Positions 49,323 to 57,958 of a stretch of 64,000 nt of DNA are shown here, in pieces (positions within the stretch are counted from its first letter, which is position 1; each line of letters begins with the position of its first letter). The DNA comes from a phage. The stretch lies in NCBI GenBank assembly GCA_012401045.1, contig GCA_012401045.1_4704.2. The stretch is one strand, 5' to 3'. Made by a program: the position numbers and the translations under genes. The notes under the pieces were generated by a model. It saw nothing but the letters and a program-made list of their open reading frames with translations. It did not search any database and was not told where the DNA came from.

Positions 49323-51074
49323 ATGAGCGAACAAGAACGAAAACCTAAGAAGAAACTGCTCGGTATTCAATGTCGACACATCAGCTATAACGAAGCGAAC
49401 GATGGCAGCAAGAACGACCTCATGATCGCAAAAGAGATCATGTTCTTTGATGACAATACGCAAGCGACGAACCTTCGCTTCTTTGAGAATTACAAACGTC
49501 CGTTTTGGGTGACGGTAGAGAGTAAACGTAAGAACAAATATAAAAAGGAAAGCGAGAAGCTCTCGCATGTGCGTCGCTACGATGTCCGCCAAAGCGAACT
49601 GGTTGAAAAGATCAGCTCGGTACTTTATAAAAGACGTGCTGACGATAACACCCGTTTACAGCAGCTTGCACGGAGTCCATACCTCTATGGAACGGACGTT
49701 AGCGCCAGCTGTTATTTAAAAACCCAGTACAACACAAAATGGCCGGAATACGTCGATAAATTACCCGCTTCCATTGCCTGTTTCGATATCGAAACCGACG
49801 TTGTCCACGGACACGGTAAGATCGTTTGTATGTCTATTACAATGGGATACAATGCGATACTTTGCTATACCAAGGACTTCGTTGGTCATATTCCGAATGC
49901 CATTGAGAAAACCCATGAGAAGATTCGATATTACCTGGCCGAACGTCTGAATACCAAAGAAGATCCCCACGCATTCGAAAAATATCAGTACGATGTTCGA
50001 ATCGTAGAAAGCCCGGCACAAGCGGTCATCCAATGCATGCAGAAGGTTCACGAATGGCAGCCGGATTATCTCCTTGGCTGGAATATCGCGTTCGATATTC
50101 CGCGCATGCTCCAGGCACTGAACGAGGAAGGGTATCGTCCCGAGGATGTTTTCTCCGATCCCCGTATACCACCTAAATATCGTATTGCTCGCTGGGTACC
50201 ACCGAAGACCGACAAGGTATCTGCTTCAGGTCGTAAAACCAACCTTACCCTTGAGCAAACCTGGCCGATGTTTTATACGATGGCTACGTATCAGGTTATG
50301 GATGCGATGTGTGGCTATAAGTTCGTTCGTTTAGGAAGACCGGATGAAGGACGCTATTCACTCGATGCGGTGTTAGAGCGAAATAAATGCCATACGAAAT
50401 TAAAAGCTATTCCTGGTACAGAGGGGTTCACGGAGCTTGCCTGGCACGAAGAGATGCAAACGAACCATCAAATCGACTACGGCGTATATAACCTTTGGGA
50501 TAACCAGGGTATTGAGGCGTTGGACCAGAAAACAAAAGACTATTCGATGACCATCCCTATCCGTTTAGCGGCGTCGGATTTGAAAGATTTCAGTTCTAAC
50601 CCTAAACGTATCTGCGATAAACTTTTCTTCGTTTATCTTAACCGTGGGGAAGTCATGGGATGTACCGCTGACGACATGACCCAGGAAGAAGATAAGTGGG
50701 TTATCTCACGAGCTGGACATATCGTCACATTACCATGCGATCTCATGGCTGACAACGGCATTCATCTCTTCTGGGATATGCCGAACCTGAGAAGTTATAT
50801 CCGTCTATTCGTTGCAGACCTTGACATTAGCAGTTCATACCCGAATGGGCAGATCCTGTTGAATCTATCCAGAGCGTGTGTTTTTCGCGAGCTCTCACGC
50901 ATTGAGGGCGTCTCTGACTATCAATTCAGGAAGTTAGGTATCAACTTTATTACCGGAGGTAAAACGAACGCTGTAGACTTCTGTAGAATCGTTTATAAAG
51001 CACCATCGATGTTTGAACTTTTAGAACATTTCGATGCAACGCGTCCAAAAGAGGAAGCGCGGACCATCGAATGA
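49323..51074 (+). CDS. family B DNA polymerase, N-terminal part (3'-5' exonuclease domain plus motifs A and probable B; no motif C)
   Basis: ORF track; Exo I FDIETD, Exo II NIAFD, Exo III YNLWD, motif A DLDISSSYPNG, possible motif B KLGINFITGG; protein ends ~35 aa later. Confidence 0.7.
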   Translation: MSEQERKPKKKLLGIQCRHISYNEANDGSKNDLMIAKEIMFFDDNTQATNLRFFENYKRPFWVTVESKRKNKYKKESEKLSHVRRYDVRQSELVEKISSVLYKRRADDNTRLQQLARSPYLYGTDVSASCYLKTQYNTKWPEYVDKLPASIACFDIETDVVHGHGKIVCMSITMGYNAILCYTKDFVGHIPNAIEKTHEKIRYYLAERLNTKEDPHAFEKYQYDVRIVESPAQAVIQCMQKVHEWQPDYLLGWNIAFDIPRMLQALNEEGYRPEDVFSDPRIPPKYRIARWVPPKTDKVSASGRKTNLTLEQTWPMFYTMATYQVMDAMCGYKFVRLGRPDEGRYSLDAVLERNKCHTKLKAIPGTEGFTELAWHEEMQTNHQIDYGVYNLWDNQGIEALDQKTKDYSMTIPIRLAASDLKDFSSNPKRICDKLFFVYLNRGEVMGCTADDMTQEEDKWVISRAGHIVTLPCDLMADNGIHLFWDMPNLRSYIRLFVADLDISSSYPNGQILLNLSRACVFRELSRIEGVSDYQFRKLGINFITGGKTNAVDFCRIVYKAPSMFELLEHFDATRPKEEARTIE

Positions 51075-51112
51075 TTCAAGTAGGTTGATCCTCGCTTAAC
51101 AAAAAAGAAAAC

Positions 51113-51165
51113 ACATGCGAAGCCCCTCCCCCTGGCGGAAGCCGGAGGGAGGGGTGAGGTTTATG
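51113..51165 (-). terminator. GC-rich extended stem-loop, family member h (GGAA tetraloop)
   Basis: CATGCGAAG-CCCCTCCC...GGC-GGAA-GCC...GGGAGGGG-TGAGGTTTATG between convergent genes. Confidence 0.45.
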
Positions 51166-51646
51166 CGCGTTCGTTACCAACCGTTACTTTGTAGTCAGCG
51201 TCGGTTAAGAAAATAGACAGGAATCCATGTTCTTTGCAAATCTTACTAAGGATGTCAGCAATGATTTCGTTGATCATCGGCTTGTTTGCAAGGGCATAGA
51301 TGTACCCGGGTGTAAAAGAAAGTGCGTGATTGATCATAGGCTCATGAGAAGCCAAGATAAGGATCACGTGATGCTTCCCATCGTCGGTAACGACCGCTTG
51401 CGTAGACACGAAGAAATCAGTGAAGCAGCAGCGATCACAGGCTTTAGGTATATACAAGTCACCCAGAGCTTCGTCACGTGCTTTTACGTGTGTTTCAGGG
51501 GTGATGCTGCTAAGTTGATCTTCAGCGAGATCCAAGACATCCTCAATCGTTTTAAGAATAGCGTTGCGGAAATCCTCACGGTAGAATGGGATGATATCAC
51601 GATCGTTCATGTAATCGCCGGATTCGATAGTAAAGTTGATGTTCAT
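51161..51646 (-). CDS. hypothetical protein (161 aa)
   Basis: ORF track; AGGAG RBS. Confidence 0.75.
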   Translation of the reverse strand: MNINFTIESGDYMNDRDIIPFYREDFRNAILKTIEDVLDLAEDQLSSITPETHVKARDEALGDLYIPKACDRCCFTDFFVSTQAVVTDDGKHHVILILASHEPMINHALSFTPGYIYALANKPMINEIIADILSKICKEHGFLSIFLTDADYKVTVGNERA

Positions 51647-51690
51647 TGAATGCTCCTAGTGGTTATGTCGATTGATCGATGTATTGATTT

Positions 51691-51715
51691 ATGTTTGAAG
51701 GTGTTGTTCACCTTC
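51691..51715 (+). repeat. 25-nt exact repeat copy 2 (intergenic)
   Basis: Identical to 30368-30392; between stop of 51717-52181 and start of 51161-51646. Confidence 0.8.
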
Positions 51716-51716
51716 G

Positions 51717-52181
51717 TTAGATATCGTCATCCGTGGTGCCGTAGGACATATGCTGAATTAATTTTCTCGGCTCGATGAAAATACGACATGTGATAAACAC
51801 ATCGGGATCGTATTGCTCCACGCAACGTCCGAAGGTTTGTTTTGCGGCTTGGCGCATCGATGTTATTTCCTGATCGTTCATCGCATTATCGAATTCGATG
51901 TTGATCGTGATTTTATCGGGAAATAAATAGATAAAGTAATCGCCGCTGATACCACCATCATCAAAGTGACGTTCATTGTAGCACTGGACGAGCTTACCTT
52001 CACGTTCTTTCTGATACCATCCAAGGATACTATTAAGACCTCTGTCCACGCATTCGAATGCTTGAGTAATAACATCCTCAACGACGGATGCAGGCGTGGG
52101 ACCATTGAATAGACGATCTAAGCGCTTTTTCATCGATTTGGTTTTCTCGTTCATGATTTCTTTTCCTGTTATAATCGGCAT
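51717..52181 (-). CDS. hypothetical protein (154 aa)
   Basis: ORF track. Confidence 0.75.
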   Translation of the reverse strand: MPIITGKEIMNEKTKSMKKRLDRLFNGPTPASVVEDVITQAFECVDRGLNSILGWYQKEREGKLVQCYNERHFDDGGISGDYFIYLFPDKITINIEFDNAMNDQEITSMRQAAKQTFGRCVEQYDPDVFITCRIFIEPRKLIQHMSYGTTDDDI

Positions 52182-52221
52182 ACAACCCTTCCCCGGCCTG
52201 ATGGCTAGGGAAGGGGCTATG
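52179..52221 (-). terminator. GC-rich extended stem-loop, family member i (diverged)
   Basis: CATACAA-CCCTTCCCC...GGGAAGGGG-CTATG. Confidence 0.4.
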
Positions 52222-52229
52222 CTACGTTG

Positions 52230-52628
52230 TTATGCTTCGCAATCAGCTGAAGGCGTCGCGCCTTTCTTACCAGCGATACACCAAATCCGACACGCTGGGT
52301 AATGGTTAACCTCTAGAGAGCAAGGAATGTTATATTTCTCTTCCAGCGCATAAAGACATTTCGTTAGCTGCTCCAGCGCGTTCTCGTCGTGTCGTAACGC
52401 GTGGTGGCCTAATCGATGTTGGTCGTTCTTTATATACGCCTCGAAGAGAACATGTTGGCGATGTACGCTGACGTTTACAGCCTCGAGTATAGCTTGGTCG
52501 AGCATACGACTAAAGCACATCAACGAGTCAGATACGTTTTCTCGCTTAACCAGATCAATCATGGCGGGAATATACGAATGGTCGATGTTATCGATGACCG
52601 CTTTAGCGACGGAATCAGCAACGTTCAT
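52230..52628 (-). CDS. small protein, tandem paralog family A (copy 1)
   Basis: ORF track; start moved to internal Met to match paralog; MNVADSVAKAVIDNIDH versus MSIVESIVKAVNDNIDH. Confidence 0.7.
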   Translation of the reverse strand: MNVADSVAKAVIDNIDHSYIPAMIDLVKRENVSDSLMCFSRMLDQAILEAVNVSVHRQHVLFEAYIKNDQHRLGHHALRHDENALEQLTKCLYALEEKYNIPCSLEVNHYPACRIWCIAGKKGATPSADCEA

Positions 52629-52664
52629 CTTTTTAATCCCTAGTTTGTTATTGATCACGTATAT

Positions 52665-53060
52665 TTACTCTTTGACGTCAGTTGTCGTTTCGACATGCTT
52701 CTCACTACTGACGTACCAGAGCAGGTACGCTGGGAAAAGATTGACCTCTAAGCTAAATGGAATATTGTATTTCTCTTCCATTTTACAGAGATGTTCTTTA
52801 AGTAAATTTCTCGCGTCTCTGTCACCACGAACAGAGTGCCAGTCTAGTTCTTTGTTCTCCTTTACCAGGACCTCTACGATGATACGTTGCTCGTGAACCT
52901 CGGTTTTCACAGTGAAAAGTAAATCGCTGCTATCAAAACGGGTAAAACGAATGTATGAACCAGGTGTTTTTTCTTGTTTAATAATATCGATCATGGTAGA
53001 AATGCGCGGATGATCGATGTTGTCGTTAACAGCTTTAACGATGGATTCTACAATGCTCAT
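52665..53060 (-). CDS. small protein, tandem paralog family A (copy 2)
   Basis: ORF track; EEKYNIPFSLEVNLFPA versus EEKYNIPCSLEVNHYPA. Confidence 0.75.
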   Translation of the reverse strand: MSIVESIVKAVNDNIDHPRISTMIDIIKQEKTPGSYIRFTRFDSSDLLFTVKTEVHEQRIIVEVLVKENKELDWHSVRGDRDARNLLKEHLCKMEEKYNIPFSLEVNLFPAYLLWYVSSEKHVETTTDVKE

Positions 53061-53092
53061 TTTTTATCCTTAATGTTATCGATTTGGAAATA

Positions 53093-53860
53093 TTACTTAT
53101 TTTTGCTTTCTTTATAGACAGTTGTTACCCACGATGGGAAAGCCGGATGGAAACAGAGCGTGAACGTAACTGTCGTATCGTATTTAAACGCACAGTTCAC
53201 TAACCGGGTATCTAACGTTTTCCTTAATCCGTCATCATCGTTATCGATGATGGTCATATCTCTTAATATCCCAAGCACGTTAACGCCATCGGGTGTCTGG
53301 GTTACGACAAGTCGTCGTAATGGCCCGCATGTATAGTCACGTACAAATCCTTTCTTCGGGTCCGATACCCTGTTTAACGCATCGTGATTTTTGATGAATT
53401 CATCGGCGATACAATAGGTTTGTTCCCTTGCTTTATCGGGATCGTATTCTGCTAATAGTTCCTTCGTGTCGAACGTTATCATGTTATTATCATTCGATTC
53501 AGAAGGGAAGCATAAAACTAAACGAACAGGGTACTCGTATTGATCTGTTCTCGTTTCGAAAGCATTAGCTAAACACGGCTTGTATGCCTTTGCGTCGACA
53601 TTGTCCAAACATGGATGCAATAATGCATGAATAACGGCACCATCGTCAGTTAAACCGAATTCCAGAAATTGTACCCTATCAGTATCCGCTACGGTTTTCT
53701 GAAGGTACGCTTTACCGTTAACAATATCGGTATCCCACATATCGTCGTTTAACGATTCTTCAAACTTATCGAATATATGGTTTACGAGATTGACGAGTTC
53801 ATCAATACGGCACTGTTGGTTGAATTCGATTAATCGTTGAACTTTATCTTTGATAGACAT
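53093..53860 (-). CDS. hypothetical protein (255 aa)
   Basis: ORF track. Confidence 0.8.
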   Translation of the reverse strand: MSIKDKVQRLIEFNQQCRIDELVNLVNHIFDKFEESLNDDMWDTDIVNGKAYLQKTVADTDRVQFLEFGLTDDGAVIHALLHPCLDNVDAKAYKPCLANAFETRTDQYEYPVRLVLCFPSESNDNNMITFDTKELLAEYDPDKAREQTYCIADEFIKNHDALNRVSDPKKGFVRDYTCGPLRRLVVTQTPDGVNVLGILRDMTIIDNDDDGLRKTLDTRLVNCAFKYDTTVTFTLCFHPAFPSWVTTVYKESKNK

Positions 53861-53862
53861 GA

Positions 53863-54321
53863 TTACCCATTAGCTCCTTCTTCGTCTGGAGAGTATTCCA
53901 TCGTGTAGAATTCATAACCATCGGAAAACTTGAGTGTTAATGTAATAGGGAAATCGCACGGCATAGCTGATTTCGTAAATGCGTTATTAGCAACATCAGC
54001 CAACCGACGTATAGCATCAGTCCCGCTGACGCTGAACGGTAGTTGTATGTTGATAAGGATGCGGTGCTTGTAAACATGGAAAACAACGGTACTGTCAAGA
54101 TAAACGCTATGGAACGGTATTGTTGGGATGCGTTCCACAATGGAAAAATACGTCCCGTCATTATCGCTATGCCCCATCGACCAAATATCGGATTTGCGTA
54201 GATTTTGTTTGAGGGATTCGATACTTCGAGTGACGGTCTCATCAACAGGCGTGACGTAAGTGTCTTTATGCGAGTCGAAAAGTTCGTTGACGTTAGATTC
54301 GAATGAATACATTGTTGCCAT
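53863..54321 (-). CDS. small protein, tandem paralog family B (copy 1)
   Basis: ORF track; QLPFSVSGTDAIRRL...TLKFSDGYEFYTMEYSPDEEG. Confidence 0.75.
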   Translation of the reverse strand: MATMYSFESNVNELFDSHKDTYVTPVDETVTRSIESLKQNLRKSDIWSMGHSDNDGTYFSIVERIPTIPFHSVYLDSTVVFHVYKHRILINIQLPFSVSGTDAIRRLADVANNAFTKSAMPCDFPITLTLKFSDGYEFYTMEYSPDEEGANG

Positions 54322-54782
54322 TATTCTACCTCTTTCTTCATCTTCATCGGAACAGAGAGTGCTGTTATCTCTGTTCCATTATCCGGTTCATACTCCAATG
54401 TAACGAGATTGCAGCCATCCGATAATTCATAATCGATCGCTAGGGGGAACGAGATACCGTGCGACTTTATGCATTTACCAAATGTCTCGTTGGCTGTATA
54501 CATTAGAAGTTGCTTTGCGGCAAGCCCGTTTACGCTGAAAGGTAATTGTGCTGTCGCAGCGATACGATTATTGTAAACTCTGATATCGGTGATATCTACA
54601 ATCGTAGCATTGCCGTGTTGTGTTGTTGGAACGGATAGGTTGTAGAAGTAAGGTTCGGAGTCGGAATCGGGCTCGTTAAATAATTCCCAGCACCCGTCCT
54701 CCTGCAATCTTACTTCGAGTATTTCAAAGCTTTTAATTATCGATTCTACCAGCTGCTCACCGTAAGAATCCCATGTCGTCAT
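54321..54782 (-). CDS. small protein, tandem paralog family B (copy 2)
   Basis: ORF track; QLPFSVNGLAAKQLL...DYELSDGCNLVTLEYEPDNG. Confidence 0.75.
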   Translation of the reverse strand: MTTWDSYGEQLVESIIKSFEILEVRLQEDGCWELFNEPDSDSEPYFYNLSVPTTQHGNATIVDITDIRVYNNRIAATAQLPFSVNGLAAKQLLMYTANETFGKCIKSHGISFPLAIDYELSDGCNLVTLEYEPDNGTEITALSVPMKMKKEVE

Positions 54783-54853
54783 TTTTTAACACCTTCGACA
54801 CCTTTTAACCGATACGTGTCCCATCTAACAAGGGACACGATATCGTTGATTAA

Positions 54854-55354
54854 TTACTCTTCTGTGTTTTCATTGTCAGGATCGTAGTGGAATTCGAACA
54901 GCCCTGAACCGTCGTGTCCGTTGATTGTTAGTATAACGGGCATATCGAATCCTCGGACACGCGAATGAAAACATTGTGCTAATTTTAGTTTGGCGTATGC
55001 CGCTACTTCATTGACAGCAATACACGATTCACCTGTTATACTCAGTATAACGTCGATACTAACAACGTTGTCGTGCAACGCAAAACGCCAGCGATCGATA
55101 CGATTATTATCTTTATCGGTTGTCTCGTTTACGAGATAGACTTTATCGTCAACCGACAAAGCGGGACTCCAGCAACGATCGTTTATTAAATTCGCCTGGA
55201 GTTTTAGTATCGTCTGATCGATAATATCCCAACACGTAACCAGCGTGGTGTCAGGCACTGAGTAGAGAAGGGCGTGCACTTTATCCTTTATTTTAAGTGC
55301 TTCCGCAGGACGTCCGCAAATACCATGCATTTCAACTTTCTTATTCATATTCAC
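54854..55354 (-). CDS. small protein, tandem paralog family B (copy 3, diverged)
   Basis: ORF track; TINGHDGSGLFEFHYDPDNEN. Confidence 0.7.
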   Translation of the reverse strand: MNMNKKVEMHGICGRPAEALKIKDKVHALLYSVPDTTLVTCWDIIDQTILKLQANLINDRCWSPALSVDDKVYLVNETTDKDNNRIDRWRFALHDNVVSIDVILSITGESCIAVNEVAAYAKLKLAQCFHSRVRGFDMPVILTINGHDGSGLFEFHYDPDNENTEE

Positions 55355-55391
55355 TTCTTTCTTAATCTAAATGTTAGTTGGGGTGGGATGT

Positions 55392-55994
55392 TTACATGCT
55401 TTCTAGCATATTGACGATCATGGAACCCATACCGAAACTCGGTCTTTCACCGATGTACTCAGCAAGCTGGCGATGGACGTCTTTTGGATTTCCTTCTTCA
55501 CCATCGGCATCGATGTAAACCGAAAAAGAAACCGAATCGGAATCCACGCTGATAACCAGACGACGTTCATTGCGTTCCTTGAGCGTGTCGACGATAGATG
55601 CTTTCAGTACCGGGATCGCATTCATCGCGTGCAAGATATCTCCATCGGGTTTCGGCAGATCGATCTTTTCTTTCAGGTCGATATTGATGTTGGTTACAAT
55701 TGGATTGAGGTCGACCTTGACATAATCGTTAGGATACATGCGAATAATCGCACGATCGATATCTGAGCCGTAAAAGTCAACACGCGGCTTTAACACTTCT
55801 TTGTTTGGATCCATGTTTTCATCCATCCCAGCCTGCAAGAAACGTTCTACGTTATCCAGTTCACGATAAACTGACGCTTCGATTTCTTTCAGATAGTTGG
55901 CTGCGGTTTCATGTTCTTTACGCAGCTCGTCTTTAAGGAGCTGTACGGTGGTTTCACTGGAACGGATGCTGTTCGCGAATTGTGTAATTGACAT
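55392..55994 (-). CDS. hypothetical protein (~200 aa)
   Basis: ORF track; start moved to ATG (MSITQ) after AAGGA. Confidence 0.75.
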   Translation of the reverse strand: MSITQFANSIRSSETTVQLLKDELRKEHETAANYLKEIEASVYRELDNVERFLQAGMDENMDPNKEVLKPRVDFYGSDIDRAIIRMYPNDYVKVDLNPIVTNINIDLKEKIDLPKPDGDILHAMNAIPVLKASIVDTLKERNERRLVISVDSDSVSFSVYIDADGEEGNPKDVHRQLAEYIGERPSFGMGSMIVNMLESM

Positions 55995-56092
55995 ATCGAA
56001 TTCCTTAAATTCTCTTGAGTTCAATTAATGATGAAAAGCTGTAAAAAAAGGTGGGGCGAACCCCACCAAAACGTCAGACACACGCAGGAAAA

Positions 56093-56518
56093 TTAATTCA
56101 GTGATGCATATAAGGCATAACGACTGTAGATCTCAACCGCCGGTCCGTTATGTGTTAACAGACCATCCTGGTTGTAATACTGGAAAAATGAATAACGTTT
56201 GTCGAAGTGATAAACAAAAGCGATGTCTTTGCCGTCAAAACCTGTGATGCGTGGTCTGTTTTTATCTAGCAATGCTTTGACTTTTAACAGTGTTGCCGCA
56301 CGTGCTTTAACGTTAGGGATCAAGCCATCACAATCGATATAAACGGTGTAACCTGTTTCAGATGTTGCGACGGTTGTATTGCGATTGACGCGGAAGATTT
56401 TTGTTTCGTATGTACTATCTTCAAGAATTGGGTTTTGTTTTTCGTATTTTCGTTTACGTAGAAATTCTACAACGGTGATATAGTTAGCGGTAATATGCCC
56501 GGTTATTGCTTGTAACAT
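56093..56518 (-). CDS. hypothetical protein (141 aa)
   Basis: ORF track; AAAGGATG RBS; promoter/operator-like cassette upstream. Confidence 0.75.
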   Translation of the reverse strand: MLQAITGHITANYITVVEFLRKRKYEKQNPILEDSTYETKIFRVNRNTTVATSETGYTVYIDCDGLIPNVKARAATLLKVKALLDKNRPRITGFDGKDIAFVYHFDKRYSFFQYYNQDGLLTHNGPAVEIYSRYALYASLN

Positions 56519-56565
56519 CTCGACATCCTTTTATATTGGATTGATTGCAATTGTCTTAAATAGAT

Positions 56566-56620
56566 GATAAGATATTTTGCTCTTATCACTAAGGTAATGT
56601 AGTCGCGAAATAAACTGCGT
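56566..56620 (-). promoter_or_regulatory. conserved promoter/operator-like cassette: inverted repeat GATAAGA-N8-TCTTATC followed by ACTAAGGTAATGTAGTCGCGAAATAAACTG
   Basis: ~85% identical to 19341-19400; upstream of CDS 56093-56518. Confidence 0.4.
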
Positions 56621-56639
56621 TAACACGAAATAAAAACAG

Positions 56640-56698
56640 CATAGAACCCTCCTCCCCCATCCTTCAAGAGGACGGTGGGAAGAGGGAGAGATTAAATG
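56640..56698 (-). terminator. GC-rich stem-loop, family member j (enlarged and diverged)
   Basis: CATAGAA-CCCTCCTCCCCC...GGGAAGAGGGAGAG-ATTAAATG. Confidence 0.35.
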
Positions 56699-57093
56699 TC
56701 GTGGACGGCAATGCCGTTTAACCAGCAATACAGCTTAACGCGACACGGATACCGCTTCGTTGCGGCAACCATTTCATCGCGTAAACGCTGGTAGATTTCA
56801 TCCTGGTGTTCACGTTCAATGGGGTAATCAGCCCAACATTCGATCATGACATCACCATTCGTCAGAATCGTCGTACGCATCCTGTCCTGGATACGGCGGT
56901 CTTTCCCGGCATTAGGGAAATACATTCCTTCAGTACGAATAAGGTCGCCGCAGGGCATGACTAACCATTCGTTCGTTTTGCCGGTATTCTTATAATCCAT
57001 TACGGCTTGCATTGCGGTGTCAACGCTAAAAGAAACATAATTCCAAACGGATGTCCAACGATAGATTGCGGGTTGTTCGAGTGTTTCGTTCAT
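56692..57093 (-). CDS. hypothetical protein (133 aa)
   Basis: ORF track. Confidence 0.75.
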   Translation of the reverse strand: MNETLEQPAIYRWTSVWNYVSFSVDTAMQAVMDYKNTGKTNEWLVMPCGDLIRTEGMYFPNAGKDRRIQDRMRTTILTNGDVMIECWADYPIEREHQDEIYQRLRDEMVAATKRYPCRVKLYCWLNGIAVHDI

Positions 57094-57140
57094 GGAGTGC
57101 TTGTCCTATTTTTATTTTCTGCACAGGATAAATTCAACGG

Positions 57141-57185
57141 CATAAAGCCCTTCCCTGCCCTTATATGGGGCGGGAAGAGTTTATG
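57141..57185 (-). terminator. GC-rich extended stem-loop, family member k
   Basis: CATAAAG-CCCTTCCC-TGCCC-TTATAT-GGGGC-GGGAAGAG-TTTATGACCGC. Confidence 0.45.
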
Positions 57186-57306
57186 ACCGCAATGAGAATC
57201 TCTCACGACAAGCTCACGACGATTATCGCATCACCCCGCGAGTGAGGGAGATCAGGATCACCTCCTACGTCGTAACGACAGCAATCCCGTTACGTCGCTT
57301 TAGACG

Positions 57307-57933
57307 TTATGCGAAGCGACGCATGTAACCCGCCAGATAGTTACGCGTATCGAAGTAAGCAATTTCAGGAATTGCGATATTAAGGTCGATAGCGCGGATT
57401 TCAACTTGGCGACGGCTTTCATCATAGATCGCATCCATCAGACGCAGTACTGTCAGGAAAGCCATGCGGGTATGGTAGTCCAGCGGCATGTTATCGATAC
57501 CGCGATACAGATAACGGTTTGCATTAAATGCCCCTTCGCTGTTATCTTTCCAGATCTTCAGAATATCAGCAAAGGCGGTGCGGAAAACTTCAGGATTATC
57601 CACATCCAGTAACGCACGGAAAGCAGACATTAAAGACCGCTGATGACGGATCAACGACTGCGGCGTTTGCGGCATGGTCGGACCCATTTCTTCCGCATAT
57701 TTCTGGAACGGAGCAACCAGGGTTGCGGCACGAGAAGCCACGATAGAAACAGCAGGCGATTCTTTCACCGCCGGTTTCGCAGGCTTTTCTTCAACAACGG
57801 TTTCCTTCTTCTCAACAGCGACCGTTTCCGGCTGTGCTACAACATCACTAACCGGAGCATCTGCAACGGTGGTTTCTACCGCAGTAATCTCCTCGTCCAT
57901 TTTTGCAGAACGTTGGTCTTTATTCTTGCTCAT
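57307..57933 (-). CDS. hypothetical protein (208 aa) with acidic Val/Glu/Ala-rich N-terminus
   Basis: ORF track. Confidence 0.75.
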   Translation of the reverse strand: MSKNKDQRSAKMDEEITAVETTVADAPVSDVVAQPETVAVEKKETVVEEKPAKPAVKESPAVSIVASRAATLVAPFQKYAEEMGPTMPQTPQSLIRHQRSLMSAFRALLDVDNPEVFRTAFADILKIWKDNSEGAFNANRYLYRGIDNMPLDYHTRMAFLTVLRLMDAIYDESRRQVEIRAIDLNIAIPEIAYFDTRNYLAGYMRRFA

Positions 57934-57958
57934 GTTTATTTCCTTTCATTTAACAAGG

